Origin: Bacteroidaceae bacterium
GTDB lineage: Bacteria > Bacteroidota > Bacteroidia > Bacteroidales > Bacteroidaceae
Reading direction: 5' to 3'
Assembly: GCA_017451695.1 (NCBI GenBank)
Contig: JAFTNW010000003.1
Coordinates: 18,360-82,359, forward strand
Length of the DNA stretch: 64,000 nucleotides
The notes beneath the pieces were generated by a model, which saw nothing but the letters and a program-made list of their open reading frames with translations, ran no database searches and was not told where the DNA came from. This document shows, piece after piece, positions 19,980 through 29,639 of the stretch; position 1 is the stretch's first letter, and every line of letters starts with the position of its first letter. A program made the translations under genes and the position numbers.

Positions 19980-20067
19980 TATCCATACGGCAAGAAATTT
20001 TATGACAAAATGTTTTTTTTGCAAATTATTTAATATATTTGCAAATATTAACTTAAAGTCATAAGAT

Positions 20068-20775
20068 ATGAAGAAGTTCTTTTTTATCGCAATTGCATTC
20101 ACCATGCTATTTGCAACAAGCGTTTCTGCACAAAGCAGTTACAACTTTTGGAAACACAAAAGCCCCTTCCGCTTGGGCTACACATTCCAGACCTTAGAGT
20201 ATGAAGACGGATTGGAACTTGAACAGAAGATGGGCTTCAATTTCTCCAAAAATTGGGGCATATATCTGCACAAAGAGCCCATAGCCGACCGCATAAAATT
20301 TGCGATCGACCTTGGTATCAGCGCAAACTATGTAAAATATGAAGAGAGCGATGAATGGAAAGAGGCATTCAAGAAGAAATACGAAGATAAGATTGACGAT
20401 GAGGATATACCCGAGTTTGGAATCCACCAAATAGATTTGGGTATTGCCATCGGTCCATCTATCACAGTGAGACCTTTTGGTGATTGGCGTTTGAACGCAT
20501 ATTTCCATGTAACACCATCGGCATCGGTGTTTATAAACGACGACGAGGTGAGCACAAGTTTTGTTCCATTCATGGACTATGGTATTGAGGCTTCATGGCG
20601 TTGGATTGGTGTAGGCGTTGAGATGCGTCAGGGAAAGGGTAAATACAAAGACATGACATCGGATATCATACCCGACGATGTAACAAACAAAATACCCGAC
20701 GACCTCCTCGAAAGCGACGAGAAAATTAAATTAAAGACCAAAGCTGTCAGGGTTTATCTCTCCATCCGCTTTTAA
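20068..20775 (+). CDS. Putative outer-membrane beta-barrel protein, function unknown
   Basis: Signal peptide ending SVSAQ. Alternating amphipathic strands. C-terminal aromatic residue (VYLSIRF), as is typical of OMPs. Confidence 0.45.
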   Translation: MKKFFFIAIAFTMLFATSVSAQSSYNFWKHKSPFRLGYTFQTLEYEDGLELEQKMGFNFSKNWGIYLHKEPIADRIKFAIDLGISANYVKYEESDEWKEAFKKKYEDKIDDEDIPEFGIHQIDLGIAIGPSITVRPFGDWRLNAYFHVTPSASVFINDDEVSTSFVPFMDYGIEASWRWIGVGVEMRQGKGKYKDMTSDIIPDDVTNKIPDDLLESDEKIKLKTKAVRVYLSIRF

Positions 20776-20798
20776 TAACTTGTAAATTTCACAAACAC

Positions 20799-20836
20799 AT
20801 ATCGGTTGCGCAATTAATTGCGCAACCGATATTTTT
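20799..20836 (+). terminator. Rho-independent terminator
   Basis: A 34-nt perfect palindrome atatcggttgcgcaattaattgcgcaaccgatat followed by tttt. Confidence 0.65.
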
Positions 20837-21386
20837 ATGCTAAAAGCCGGCTCCAAAAACCAAAGTGTATTTTCATAAAAAGCAAGAAAAAAAGCATCTT
20901 TTTATTAGCCATTTTTTGAGAGAGAAATATTTCTCAAATAAAAAAATTTTCGGCCTTATATAGAATCATTCTAATTAAGAAAAGAGAAAAGCCATTGGAC
21001 TAAAATTCCACACAAAACACTTTTCTACAACCGCAAAAAGGGACATTCAAGCCATAAGCATGAAAAAAGAACAAGCAGTTATACCACCGATAACAAGCTG
21101 AATACCAATGCATTAAAAATTTTACCAATATCACCACCTTAAATAACAGCACGTTTATAATGCGCTCGTTTTCAGCACGTTATAAATACAAAAAAAACAG
21201 CAACCTTTTTGCGTTTGCTTTTTCATTTTTCTTTTATGATATTTGCATTAAGAAAGATACAGCGGGAGCGCAAATCTCACAGGTGTTACCCAAAAGAAAA
21301 GAGAGTGTTCCCCGGCGCAACCATCGAGTTCACGTAGAGAAACCGATGGTTGTTTGAATCTTCAAAACAAACATAAAATTTTTTCG

Positions 21387-22784
21387 ATGAACTCACAATT
21401 ACTAACAGCAAAATGGAACCAGTGCCTCGAAATAATTCGAGACATTGTTACCGAAGCAACATACGATACCTGGTTTGCCGACATAAAGGCTATCAGGTAC
21501 GAAGACTCTACCCTGACCATTCAGGTTAAGAGCAACTATGTATGTGAGCATCTCGAGGAGAACTATGTGGGATTGCTTCGCTCTACACTATTCAGAGTGA
21601 TGGGCAACGGAACAAAGTTGATGTATAGCATACTCACCGACAAGGATAACAACCTTAGCGTCGAGGTGGGGGCAGACAGCTATACAGGCAGCGACAGAAC
21701 AGCAAGAGGTAATTCAGGAAATAACACACCCCAAGCATCACAGGAGGCTATCCAGGAACTCGATTCCATGCTTATAAACCGCTACACATTTGACAACTTT
21801 GTAGAGGGAGTGAGCAACAGACTCTCGCGTTCGGTAGCTGTCAGTGTTGCAAACACCCCTGGCCGAGCATTCAACCCCTTGTTCATATACGGCCCTTCGG
21901 GTGTGGGCAAAACCCACCTGATTAACGCCATAGGTTGCAAAATCAAAGAGTTGCACCCCGAACTACGCGTTCTCTATATTTCGGCGCACTTGTTCCAGGT
22001 TCAATACACCGATTCTATTCTGCAAAAGAAGTTCAACGACTTCATGAGATTCTATCAAAGCATTGATGTTCTCATAATAGATGACATTCAAGAATTTGCC
22101 GGCCTCGAGAAGACACAGCACGCATTCTTCCACATATTCAACCACTTACATCTTAACGGCAAGCAGTTGATTATGACCTCGGACCGCACACCCGCGCAGT
22201 TGCAGGGCATGGAGGAGCGCCTTATCACACGTTTCAAGTGGGGTATGACTGCAGAAATAGAAAAACCCGATCTCGAACTGCGTAAAAATATCCTTAGAAA
22301 CAAAATTCGCAGAGATGGCCTTAAATTCCCCGAGGAGGTAATCACATACATTGCAGAGCATGTAAATGCAAGCATCCGCGACCTTGAAGGCATCATCGTA
22401 TCACTTATGGCCCATTCCGCCATAAACAATACAGATATCGACATCGCGCTTGCCCGCAAAATAACAGGCGACATTACCGATTACGAGAAACAGCCCATCA
22501 CCATAGACGACATAATAAGCAAAGTATCAAGCCATTATGGAGTGGAGGTTGAAAGCATTAACACACGTTCTCGCAAAAGAGAGGTGGTACTCGTGCGCCA
22601 GGTGGCAATGTTCTTGGCAAAAAAATATCTCGACATGTCAACGTCAAAGATTGGCAAGTACATAGGCAACAGAGACCATGCCACAGTGGTACATGCCTGC
22701 AAAACAATTACCAACCTTGCCGAGACCGACAAACAGTTCCGCCATGAACTTAACGAAATCGACCTCTCATTGCAGAGTGCATAA
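21387..22784 (+). CDS. dnaA: Chromosomal replication initiator protein DnaA
   Basis: AAA+ Walker [14 protein letters not shown], Walker B LIIDDIQ, arginine-finger region, and a C-terminal DNA-binding helix [22 protein letters not shown] 21387 is preferred over the TTG at 21354. Confidence 0.95.
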   Translation: MNSQLLTAKWNQCLEIIRDIVTEATYDTWFADIKAIRYEDSTLTIQVKSNYVCEHLEENYVGLLRSTLFRVMGNGTKLMYSILTDKDNNLSVEVGADSYTGSDRTARGNSGNNTPQASQEAIQELDSMLINRYTFDNFVEGVSNRLSRSVAVSVANTPGRAFNPLFIYGPSGVGKTHLINAIGCKIKELHPELRVLYISAHLFQVQYTDSILQKKFNDFMRFYQSIDVLIIDDIQEFAGLEKTQHAFFHIFNHLHLNGKQLIMTSDRTPAQLQGMEERLITRFKWGMTAEIEKPDLELRKNILRNKIRRDGLKFPEEVITYIAEHVNASIRDLEGIIVSLMAHSAINNTDIDIALARKITGDITDYEKQPITIDDIISKVSSHYGVEVESINTRSRKREVVLVRQVAMFLAKKYLDMSTSKIGKYIGNRDHATVVHACKTITNLAETDKQFRHELNEIDLSLQSA

Positions 22785-22811
22785 TAAAATAAAACAATAC
22801 ACAAAATATTG

Positions 22812-22840
22812 AATCCGCAGTTTTCGCTGCGGATTTTTTT
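22812..22840 (+). terminator. Rho-independent terminator after dnaA
   Basis: Stem aatccgcag/ctgcggatt, a 6-nt loop, then a T7 run. Confidence 0.65.
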
Positions 22841-23022
22841 GCGCATTTTAGAAACACAAAAACTGCAAAAAAAGAAAACAGAGATAAAACAGCGACGCAC
22901 AGAATAGCAAACCATTAAAGTTACTCACTCACGACAAAAAGAACACAAAACAGGCGGGAAATAAAAACAAAAATTCATTTTTGGAAAACTTTTTGCATAA
23001 TTCAAAAAATTACATCATTGAT

Positions 23023-23070
23023 CTACAACGTGTTAAAAATATTTTCGGAAAACTTTACAACATGTTGAAA
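23023..23070 (+). promoter_or_regulatory. Candidate tandem NrdR boxes upstream of nrdJ
   Basis: Two related sites, ctaCaAcGTgTtAaaa (centre 23030/31) and ttaCaAcATgTtGaaa (centre 23062/63; 10-bp perfect palindrome caacatgttg). Their centres are 32 bp apart. Confidence 0.35.
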
Positions 23071-23173
23071 ACTAAAAATAAAAATAATTGGTTATTACAT
23101 AAATTCAACATAAATTTGTGCTTGCTTGTAAAGAGAGAGACGCTAATAACAAACTATAAAATAACCAACCAAA

Positions 23174-25702
23174 GTGAAAAAGCAAACCTACACCTATGAC
23201 GAAGCATTCAAAGCTTCACTCGACTACTTCAACGGCGATGAACTCGCAGCACGAGTTTGGGTAAACAAGTACGCCGTTAAAGATTCGTTCGGCACCATCT
23301 ACGAGAAATCCCCCGCCGATATGCATTGGCGCATAGCAAACGAGATTGCCCGCATTGAGAAAAAGTACGAAAACCCCATGTCGGCACAAGAGATTTTCGA
23401 TCTGCTTGACAAATTCAAATACATTGTACCCTCGGGCAGCCCCATGACCGGCATTGGCAATGATTTCCAGATAGCATCACTCTCCAACTGCTTCGTTATC
23501 GGCATCGACGGCAAGGCCGACTCTTATGGCGGAATAATTCGCATTGACGAAGAGCAAGTACAATTAATGAAACGTCGTGGCGGTGTAGGACACGACCTTT
23601 CACACATACGCCCCAAGGGTTCTCCCGTAAAAAACTCGGCACTTACATCAACAGGCTTGGTACCTTTTATGGAGCGCTACTCGAACTCGACACGCGAGGT
23701 GGCACAGGACGGCCGCCGCGGTGCACTCATGTTAAGCGTTTCAATCAAACACCCCGATGCAGAGGCATTCATCGATGCCAAGATGACAGAAGGCAAGGTA
23801 ACAGGCGCAAACGTATCGGTGAAGATAGACGACGAGTTTATGCAGGCCGTTACCGAAGAGAAGCCATACATACAGAAATACCCCATCGACTCAGACAAAC
23901 CCATCTACTCAAAAGAGGTTAACGCCGGAGAAATATGGAAAAAGATTATTCACAACGCATGGAAATCGGCCGAGCCGGGTGTTCTCTTCTGGGATACCAT
24001 AGAGCGCGAATCGATACCCGACTGCTATGCCGACCTTGGTTTCAAAACCGTATCGACCAACCCCTGCGGCGAAATTCCTCTATGCCCCTATGATTCATGC
24101 CGACTCATCGCCATTAACCTATACTCATACGTTATAGATCCATTCACACCCGAGGCACGCTTCGACTTTGATTTATTGCGCGAACACACCAAGAAGGCCA
24201 TCCGCATGATGGACGACATCATCGACCTTGAGCTTGAGAAGATTGAGGCAATACAGGCAAAAATAGAGAGCGACCCCGAGATTGAGGAGGTAAAAGCCGC
24301 CGAAAGAAAACTTTGGGAGAAAATCTACCGCAAGAGCAGCATGGGTCGCCGCACCGGTGTAGGCATCACTGCCGAAGGCGATATGCTTGCAGCCATGGGA
24401 ATGCGCTACGGCAGCCCCGAGGCGATAGATTTCTCGGTGGAAGTACATAAGCTGGTGGCACTTGCAGCATACAGTTCATCTGTCAATATGGCAAAGGAGC
24501 GCGGTGCCTTTGAGGTATTCGATTACAAGCGCGAGGCCAACAACCCATTCATCAACCGCTTGCGCGAGGCCGACCCGCAATTGTACGAGGAGATGAAGAA
24601 GTATGGCCGCAGAAACATCGCCTGCCTCACCATTGCCCCCACAGGTACTGTGAGCATAATGACACAGACCACATCGGGAATTGAGCCCGTATTCATGCCT
24701 GTTTACAAGCGTCGCCGCAAGGTAAACCCCAACGACCCCGAGGTTCATATTGATTTCACCGATGAGAATGGCGATACATTCGAGGAGTACATAGTATATC
24801 ACCATAAGTTCGTGGAGTGGATGAAGAAGAGCGGAATAGACACCACAAAACGTTACTCACAGGTGGAAATAGACAACATTGTAGCCCGTTCCCCCTACGC
24901 AAAGGCAACATCGAACGACATAGACTGGGTGGCAAAGGTGGAGATGCAGGGCCGCATACAAAAATGGGTGGACCACTCAATCAGCGTAACCATAAATCTG
25001 CCCAACAATGTTGACGAAAAGCTTGTGAACGAGCTCTACATTACAGCTTGGAAATGCGGTTGCAAAGGCTGTACCGTATATCGCGATGGTTCGCGTGCCG
25101 GTGTGTTGGTATCTACCGACAGCAAAAAAGAGCAGAAGAGCGAGGAGATGAAACCCTTTATCACCGAGGTGCGCCCCACAGTATTGGAGGCCGATGTGGT
25201 ACGTTTCCAAAACAACAAAGAGAAATGGGTAGCCTTCATCGGACTGCTCAACGGCACACCATATGAGATATTCACAGGACAGCAGGACGACGAAGACGGA
25301 ATCCCCTTGCCCAAGAACGTAACACACGGAATAATCATCAAACACATAAACGAGGACGGCAGCAAACGATACGACTTCCAATTTGAGAACAAGATTGGCT
25401 ACAAGACTACCATCGAGGGATTGTCGGAACGCTTTAACCCTGAATTCTGGAACTATGCCAAACTTATTTCGGGAGTGCTACGCTACAAGATGCCCATTGA
25501 ACAGGTTGTAAAACTTATCTCGTCACTCGAATTGGGCTCGGACAACATCAACACATGGAAGAACGGTGTGGAGAGAGCACTTAAACGCTACATAGCCGAC
25601 GGTGCAGCATCGGCAGAGAAGTGCCCCAACTGCAAGAATCAGCTGATTTTTGAGGAGGGTTGCCTACACTGCCCCTCATGCGGTTACTCCAAGTGCGGAT
25701 AA
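23174..25702 (+). CDS. nrdJ: Adenosylcobalamin-dependent ribonucleoside reductase (class II RNR)
   Basis: 842 aa. N-terminus DELAARVWVNKYAVKD, active-site block STNPCGEIPL, and the thiyl-radical Cys region. C-terminal Zn ribbon CPNCKNQ...CLHCPSCG. GTG start; there is no in-frame ATG nearby. Confidence 0.9.
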   Translation: MKKQTYTYDEAFKASLDYFNGDELAARVWVNKYAVKDSFGTIYEKSPADMHWRIANEIARIEKKYENPMSAQEIFDLLDKFKYIVPSGSPMTGIGNDFQIASLSNCFVIGIDGKADSYGGIIRIDEEQVQLMKRRGGVGHDLSHIRPKGSPVKNSALTSTGLVPFMERYSNSTREVAQDGRRGALMLSVSIKHPDAEAFIDAKMTEGKVTGANVSVKIDDEFMQAVTEEKPYIQKYPIDSDKPIYSKEVNAGEIWKKIIHNAWKSAEPGVLFWDTIERESIPDCYADLGFKTVSTNPCGEIPLCPYDSCRLIAINLYSYVIDPFTPEARFDFDLLREHTKKAIRMMDDIIDLELEKIEAIQAKIESDPEIEEVKAAERKLWEKIYRKSSMGRRTGVGITAEGDMLAAMGMRYGSPEAIDFSVEVHKLVALAAYSSSVNMAKERGAFEVFDYKREANNPFINRLREADPQLYEEMKKYGRRNIACLTIAPTGTVSIMTQTTSGIEPVFMPVYKRRRKVNPNDPEVHIDFTDENGDTFEEYIVYHHKFVEWMKKSGIDTTKRYSQVEIDNIVARSPYAKATSNDIDWVAKVEMQGRIQKWVDHSISVTINLPNNVDEKLVNELYITAWKCGCKGCTVYRDGSRAGVLVSTDSKKEQKSEEMKPFITEVRPTVLEADVVRFQNNKEKWVAFIGLLNGTPYEIFTGQQDDEDGIPLPKNVTHGIIIKHINEDGSKRYDFQFENKIGYKTTIEGLSERFNPEFWNYAKLISGVLRYKMPIEQVVKLISSLELGSDNINTWKNGVERALKRYIADGAASAEKCPNCKNQLIFEEGCLHCPSCGYSKCG

Positions 25703-25735
25703 AGCAAACTTTATTATACACACTATATAGATTCC

Positions 25736-25772
25736 TGCAAAGCCTGCCCTGCAAAAACAGGCAGGCTTTGCA
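25736..25772 (+). other. Intergenic hairpin between nrdJ and folB (possible terminator or processing structure)
   Basis: A 13-bp perfect stem tgcaaagcctgcc/ggcaggctttgca with an 11-nt loop. No downstream T-run, so it is not a classic terminator. Confidence 0.35.
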
Positions 25773-25782
25773 CTTAAAAAAG

Positions 25783-26151
25783 ATGCAGATTACAAGCTAC
25801 ACAATAGAGTTACAGAATATACACTTGTATGCCAGACACGGTGTAATGGCACAAGAAAAGGCCGTAGGTGGGTGGTTTACCATTGACATCAAACTGCACT
25901 TGAACGACCATGGTTGCGCTGTAAGCGACGACATAGAAAACGCTGTGAGCTATGCCGATGTTTACGACTTGGTAAAGAAGGAGATGGACACCCCGTCGCG
26001 CTTGCTGGAAAATGTTTGCCACAGAATAATAGGCACACTGTTAAACCGTTTTGCAGCCATCGAAGGAGTGGAGATATCGCTACGGAAAGATACACCACCA
26101 ATGGGAGGGGACAGGCTGAGCGCGGCTGTAACAATGCAGGCAAGGAGATAA
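25783..26151 (+). CDS. folB: Dihydroneopterin aldolase
   Basis: 122 aa. The family-typical N-terminus IELQNIHLYARHGVMAQEKAVGGWFTIDIKL and YADVYDLV. ATG 25783 is preferred because the track's upstream extension overlaps nrdJ and the hairpin. Confidence 0.75.
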   Translation: MQITSYTIELQNIHLYARHGVMAQEKAVGGWFTIDIKLHLNDHGCAVSDDIENAVSYADVYDLVKKEMDTPSRLLENVCHRIIGTLLNRFAAIEGVEISLRKDTPPMGGDRLSAAVTMQARR

Positions 26152-26192
26152 ATAACAATCGGCACGAAAAACAAGAACAGCTACCAAAGGAG

Positions 26193-27215
26193 ATGATTGA
26201 TACACTCACATCACTGAGACTCTTTTTTGCACTCATGGTATATGCATCTCATATATGCATGATAAACGAGGAGGCCTTCTCGGCACACATATTCAAAGAG
26301 GGGTATGTGGGTGTGAGTTTCTTTTTTATCCTCAGCGGATTCATTATAGCACACAACTATACCACCAAGTTATCAAACGGCAGTTGCAGCAAAAAAGATT
26401 TTTGGGTGGCACGCTTTGCCCGCATATACCCGCTTCACCTGCTCACACTTGCCATAGCGCTTATAGTAGGCGGAACATTCGTTGCCACACAACCAATCTC
26501 GTGGGCACATCTATTTACATCGGCCACGCTGACCAATGCCTACATTCCGAGGTCCGACTTTTTCTTTGCGCTCAACTCGCCTGCGTGGAGCCTCTGCTGC
26601 GAACAATTGTTCTATGCGCTGTTCCCATTTGCCCTGCCCATAATAAAAAGCCCTAAAAGACTTGCATGGATTGCCGTTGCAGCCATATTTGTTGTTCTAA
26701 TAGGCGGTAGCATGACACCCGATGGCTACATAAAGGGAATATGGTACACAAACCCCATAATGCGCCTGCCCGACTTTGTGGTGGGAGTGCTTCTGTGGCA
26801 TGGATACCAAAGAATAAAAGAGAGGAAAATGAGCCGGTGCATGGCAAGCATCATGGAAATCAGCACCATTCTGCTATTCACAATCTTCTACATATATGCC
26901 GAAGGCGTTCCCAAGCCCTACCGATACTCATTCTACTATTGGCTGCCCATGACAGCCATAATACTAACCTTTTCGCTACAAAAGGGGGTTATATCAAAAT
27001 TGTTGAGGGCTAGGATTTTTATAATCGGAGGAGAGATAAGCTATGGAATATACCTCACACAAATACTTATAATAAACGTATTGGCTACCAGGGTGGCCCA
27101 TCAGCCGGGAGCCGTGGGAGCAACCATTGTTCTTGCAGCAATAATAGCAGCAAGCTACTTGTCATACCGCTTTTTTGAAAAGCCCATGAACAAACTTATA
27201 AAGAAACATCTGTAA
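26193..27215 (+). CDS. Acyltransferase family 3 (AT3) membrane O-acyltransferase
   Basis: 340 aa with about 10 TM helices. AT3 N-terminal signature LTSLRLFFALMVYASH and FFFILSGFII. ATG 26193. Confidence 0.7.
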   Translation: MIDTLTSLRLFFALMVYASHICMINEEAFSAHIFKEGYVGVSFFFILSGFIIAHNYTTKLSNGSCSKKDFWVARFARIYPLHLLTLAIALIVGGTFVATQPISWAHLFTSATLTNAYIPRSDFFFALNSPAWSLCCEQLFYALFPFALPIIKSPKRLAWIAVAAIFVVLIGGSMTPDGYIKGIWYTNPIMRLPDFVVGVLLWHGYQRIKERKMSRCMASIMEISTILLFTIFYIYAEGVPKPYRYSFYYWLPMTAIILTFSLQKGVISKLLRARIFIIGGEISYGIYLTQILIINVLATRVAHQPGAVGATIVLAAIIAASYLSYRFFEKPMNKLIKKHL

Positions 27216-27234
27216 ACAGGGAAAAAGAGAATAA

Positions 27235-27984
27235 TCACCCCAACTTTTCAAGCGCCTCGCGTGCCGCATTCTGCTGGCTCTCGCGCTTGGAGAAGCCCTC
27301 GCCACGGCCAATAGGCTCACCATCCAACAAAGCCTCGGATATAAAGAACGCACCTTCGGCACGCTGCTCTTCATGCACCATCTTAAAATCAACTTTGCGA
27401 TGCTGCTTCTGCGACCACTCCAGAAGACGGCTCTTGTAGTTTTTGTCAAGGCGCACCACCGACTCAATATTATCCAAGCGGGAGAATACCTTTTCAAGCA
27501 GAAACATACGGCAATGCTTATATCCCTTATCGATATATATAGCCCCTATGAGCGCCTCCAAAGCATTGCCGTAAATATAGCTGTTGTGTTTGTTTGTGTC
27601 GCCACAGGCATGCACGAAGCGGTCGAGCCCTATCTCCACGGCAAGTTCGTTGAGCCTTTCGCGACAGACAAGGTTGCTGCGCGACTTTGAGAGAAAACCC
27701 TCGCGTTCACGACGGAAACGGGAATATAGAAAATCGGCTGTAACGGAGCTCAACACAGCATCGCCAAGGAATTCCAGACGTTCGTTGCAGCCCAACTTAC
27801 CCGCTGTCGATGAACTATGCGTCATGGCCATCTTGTATGGCCTGAGGCTGCCGGGAACAAATCCGAGTATGGAATATAACAAAAGATAAGACTCCCTATC
27901 CTTGTGGGATAGTAGCCTTATCTTATCTATTATCTTCTTAAAAAACTTATCAGCCTTCAACTTTCTTAAAAGCAATTGATGCAT
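27235..27984 (-). CDS. rnc: Ribonuclease III
   Basis: RNase III signature NERLEFLGDAVL, then ALEALIGAIY, and a C-terminal dsRBD (GEGFSKRESQQNAAREAL). The start is uncertain: ATG 27984 overlaps the fabF end by 35 nt, and TTG 27961 is an alternative. Confidence 0.85.
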   Translation of the reverse strand: MHQLLLRKLKADKFFKKIIDKIRLLSHKDRESYLLLYSILGFVPGSLRPYKMAMTHSSSTAGKLGCNERLEFLGDAVLSSVTADFLYSRFRREREGFLSKSRSNLVCRERLNELAVEIGLDRFVHACGDTNKHNSYIYGNALEALIGAIYIDKGYKHCRMFLLEKVFSRLDNIESVVRLDKNYKSRLLEWSQKQHRKVDFKMVHEEQRAEGAFFISEALLDGEPIGRGEGFSKRESQQNAAREALEKLG

Positions 27985-29212
27985 TATGACCACCAAAGCC
28001 AAATGTATTGGAGATGGCAACCTTAATATCTCTTTTCTGCGCCTTGTTAAAGGTAAAGTTCAGTGCGTAATCTATTTCGGGGTCCTCATCGCCCTCCTCA
28101 TGATTGATTGTGGGAGGAACAACACCGTTTTTAATCGCAAGCACGGTGAGCATAGCCTCGAGAGCTCCGGCCGCACCCAAGAGGTGGCCTGTCATTGATT
28201 TTGTGGAGCTGATATTGAGTTTGTATGCATGCTCGCCAAAAAGCGTTTTGATAGCCTTAATTTCGGCAATATCGCCTGCGTATGTAGATGTTCCATGCAC
28301 ATTAATGTAGTCAACATCGGCGGGTGTGATTCCGGCCTCCTCTATTGCATTCTTCATAACTCGCATGGCACCATCGCCATCGGGATGGGGAGCAGTAATG
28401 TGGTATGCATCGGCGGTAAGACCCGAACCAACAATCTCGGCATATATCTTTGCACCACGCGCAACTGCATGCTCATACTCCTCGAGTATCAAACAAGCCG
28501 AACCCTCGGCCATCACAAAACCATCGCGGCTCTTGCTGAATGGACGCGAAGCACCCTTGGGGTCGTCGTTGCGTGTTGACAGGGCGTGCATTGCATTAAA
28601 CGCACCCACCGCGGTGAAACAGATAGGAGCCTCGGCTCCACCTGCCACAATCACATCGGCTCTGTTCAGACGAATCTGGTCAAAGGCATCGATGAGGGCA
28701 TTCGAAGAGGATGCACACGCTGCCGTTGTTACAAAGTTGGGACCTTTAAGGCCGTATCTGATAGATATGATACCGGCCGAAATGTCGGCAATCATCTTTG
28801 TAATGAGGAAAGGTGAGAAACGGGGGCCATTGTCGGGGTTCTGTGTATAAGCACGAATCTCATCCTCCAATGCACCGATACCACCTATACCCACACCAAA
28901 GACAACTCCGGCACGATTGGCATCCATCTTTTCAAAATCCAGCCCACTATCTGTTATTGCTTGAACAGCCGATGCAACACTATATTGTGTAACGGTATCT
29001 ACCTTGCGCGCTTCGCGGCGGTCCATGTATGCTGTGGGGTCGAAATTCTTGACCTCGCAAGCAAACTGTGTTTTGAACAGATAGCTATCAAAATGAGTAA
29101 TAGGCCCTGCGCCACTCACTCCATTAACGGCATTCTCCCAAACTTCGGGAACTGTATTGCCCAATGGCGAAACGACACCAAGACCTGTTACAACAACTCT
29201 TCTAAGCTTCAT
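27950..29212 (-). CDS. fabF: Beta-ketoacyl-ACP synthase II
   Basis: 420 aa. Active-site Cys block TTACASSSNAL, then HGTSTYAGD and NTFGFGGHNASI. Confidence 0.95.
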   Translation of the reverse strand: MKLRRVVVTGLGVVSPLGNTVPEVWENAVNGVSGAGPITHFDSYLFKTQFACEVKNFDPTAYMDRREARKVDTVTQYSVASAVQAITDSGLDFEKMDANRAGVVFGVGIGGIGALEDEIRAYTQNPDNGPRFSPFLITKMIADISAGIISIRYGLKGPNFVTTAACASSSNALIDAFDQIRLNRADVIVAGGAEAPICFTAVGAFNAMHALSTRNDDPKGASRPFSKSRDGFVMAEGSACLILEEYEHAVARGAKIYAEIVGSGLTADAYHITAPHPDGDGAMRVMKNAIEEAGITPADVDYINVHGTSTYAGDIAEIKAIKTLFGEHAYKLNISSTKSMTGHLLGAAGALEAMLTVLAIKNGVVPPTINHEEGDEDPEIDYALNFTFNKAQKRDIKVAISNTFGFGGHNASIAFKKVEG

Positions 29213-29251
29213 TATAGAATAGTTAAGAGTGAAAGTAAGAGGAAGGAAGAA

Positions 29252-29494
29252 TTACTTCTCGGCAACCTTCTCCTCTACATACTTAACAGCATCACCTACT
29301 GTTGCTATTTTCTCAGCCTGCTCCTCGGGGATAGAGATACCGAACTCGTCCTCAATCTCCATGATAAGCTCTACTCTGTCGAGAGAGTCTGCGCTCAAAT
29401 CGTTTGTGAAGTTAGCCTCTGAAGTAACCTCTGACTCTGAAACACCAAATTTCTCAACAATAATCTCTTTTACTCTTGCTTCAATTTCTGACAT
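29252..29494 (-). CDS. acpP: Acyl carrier protein
   Basis: 80 aa. Phosphopantetheine attachment motif [16 protein letters not shown]. Confidence 0.95.
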   Translation of the reverse strand: MSEIEARVKEIIVEKFGVSESEVTSEANFTNDLSADSLDRVELIMEIEDEFGISIPEEQAEKIATVGDAVKYVEEKVAEK

Positions 29495-29531
29495 AATAGT
29501 AATATTTTGAAAGTTGTAAATTATTTCTTTG

Positions 29532-29539
29532 CAAAAGTA
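29532..29539 (-). promoter_or_regulatory. Bacteroides-type -7 box (TActTTTG on the minus strand) for acpP-fabF-rnc
   Basis: The plus-strand caaaagta is the reverse complement of TActTTTG, 38 nt upstream of the acpP ATG. Confidence 0.3.
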
Positions 29540-29639
29540 TGATAAAAATCAAAAACCACCAAGAAAGATTAGTTTTTTTTGCACCGTTTATTGCACATTT
29601 TTTAATTTTTGTGCAAAAATCACCCGCCAAGAGCGCCCA

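Noticed and set aside
21160-21357. A 65-aa ORF upstream of dnaA, and a similar 72-aa ORF at 22981-23199.
   Set aside because: Their composition is low-complexity and Lys/Phe/Asn-rich, driven by AT-rich intergenic DNA. They have no RBS or promoter context and overlap presumed regulatory regions.
22983-23074. A repeated GGAAAACTTT motif (22983-22992 and 23048-23057) plus TGAAAACTA (23066-23074).
   Set aside because: The repeats are short, sit in very AT-rich DNA and have irregular spacing of 65 and 18 bp. They partly overlap the candidate NrdR site and may be chance.
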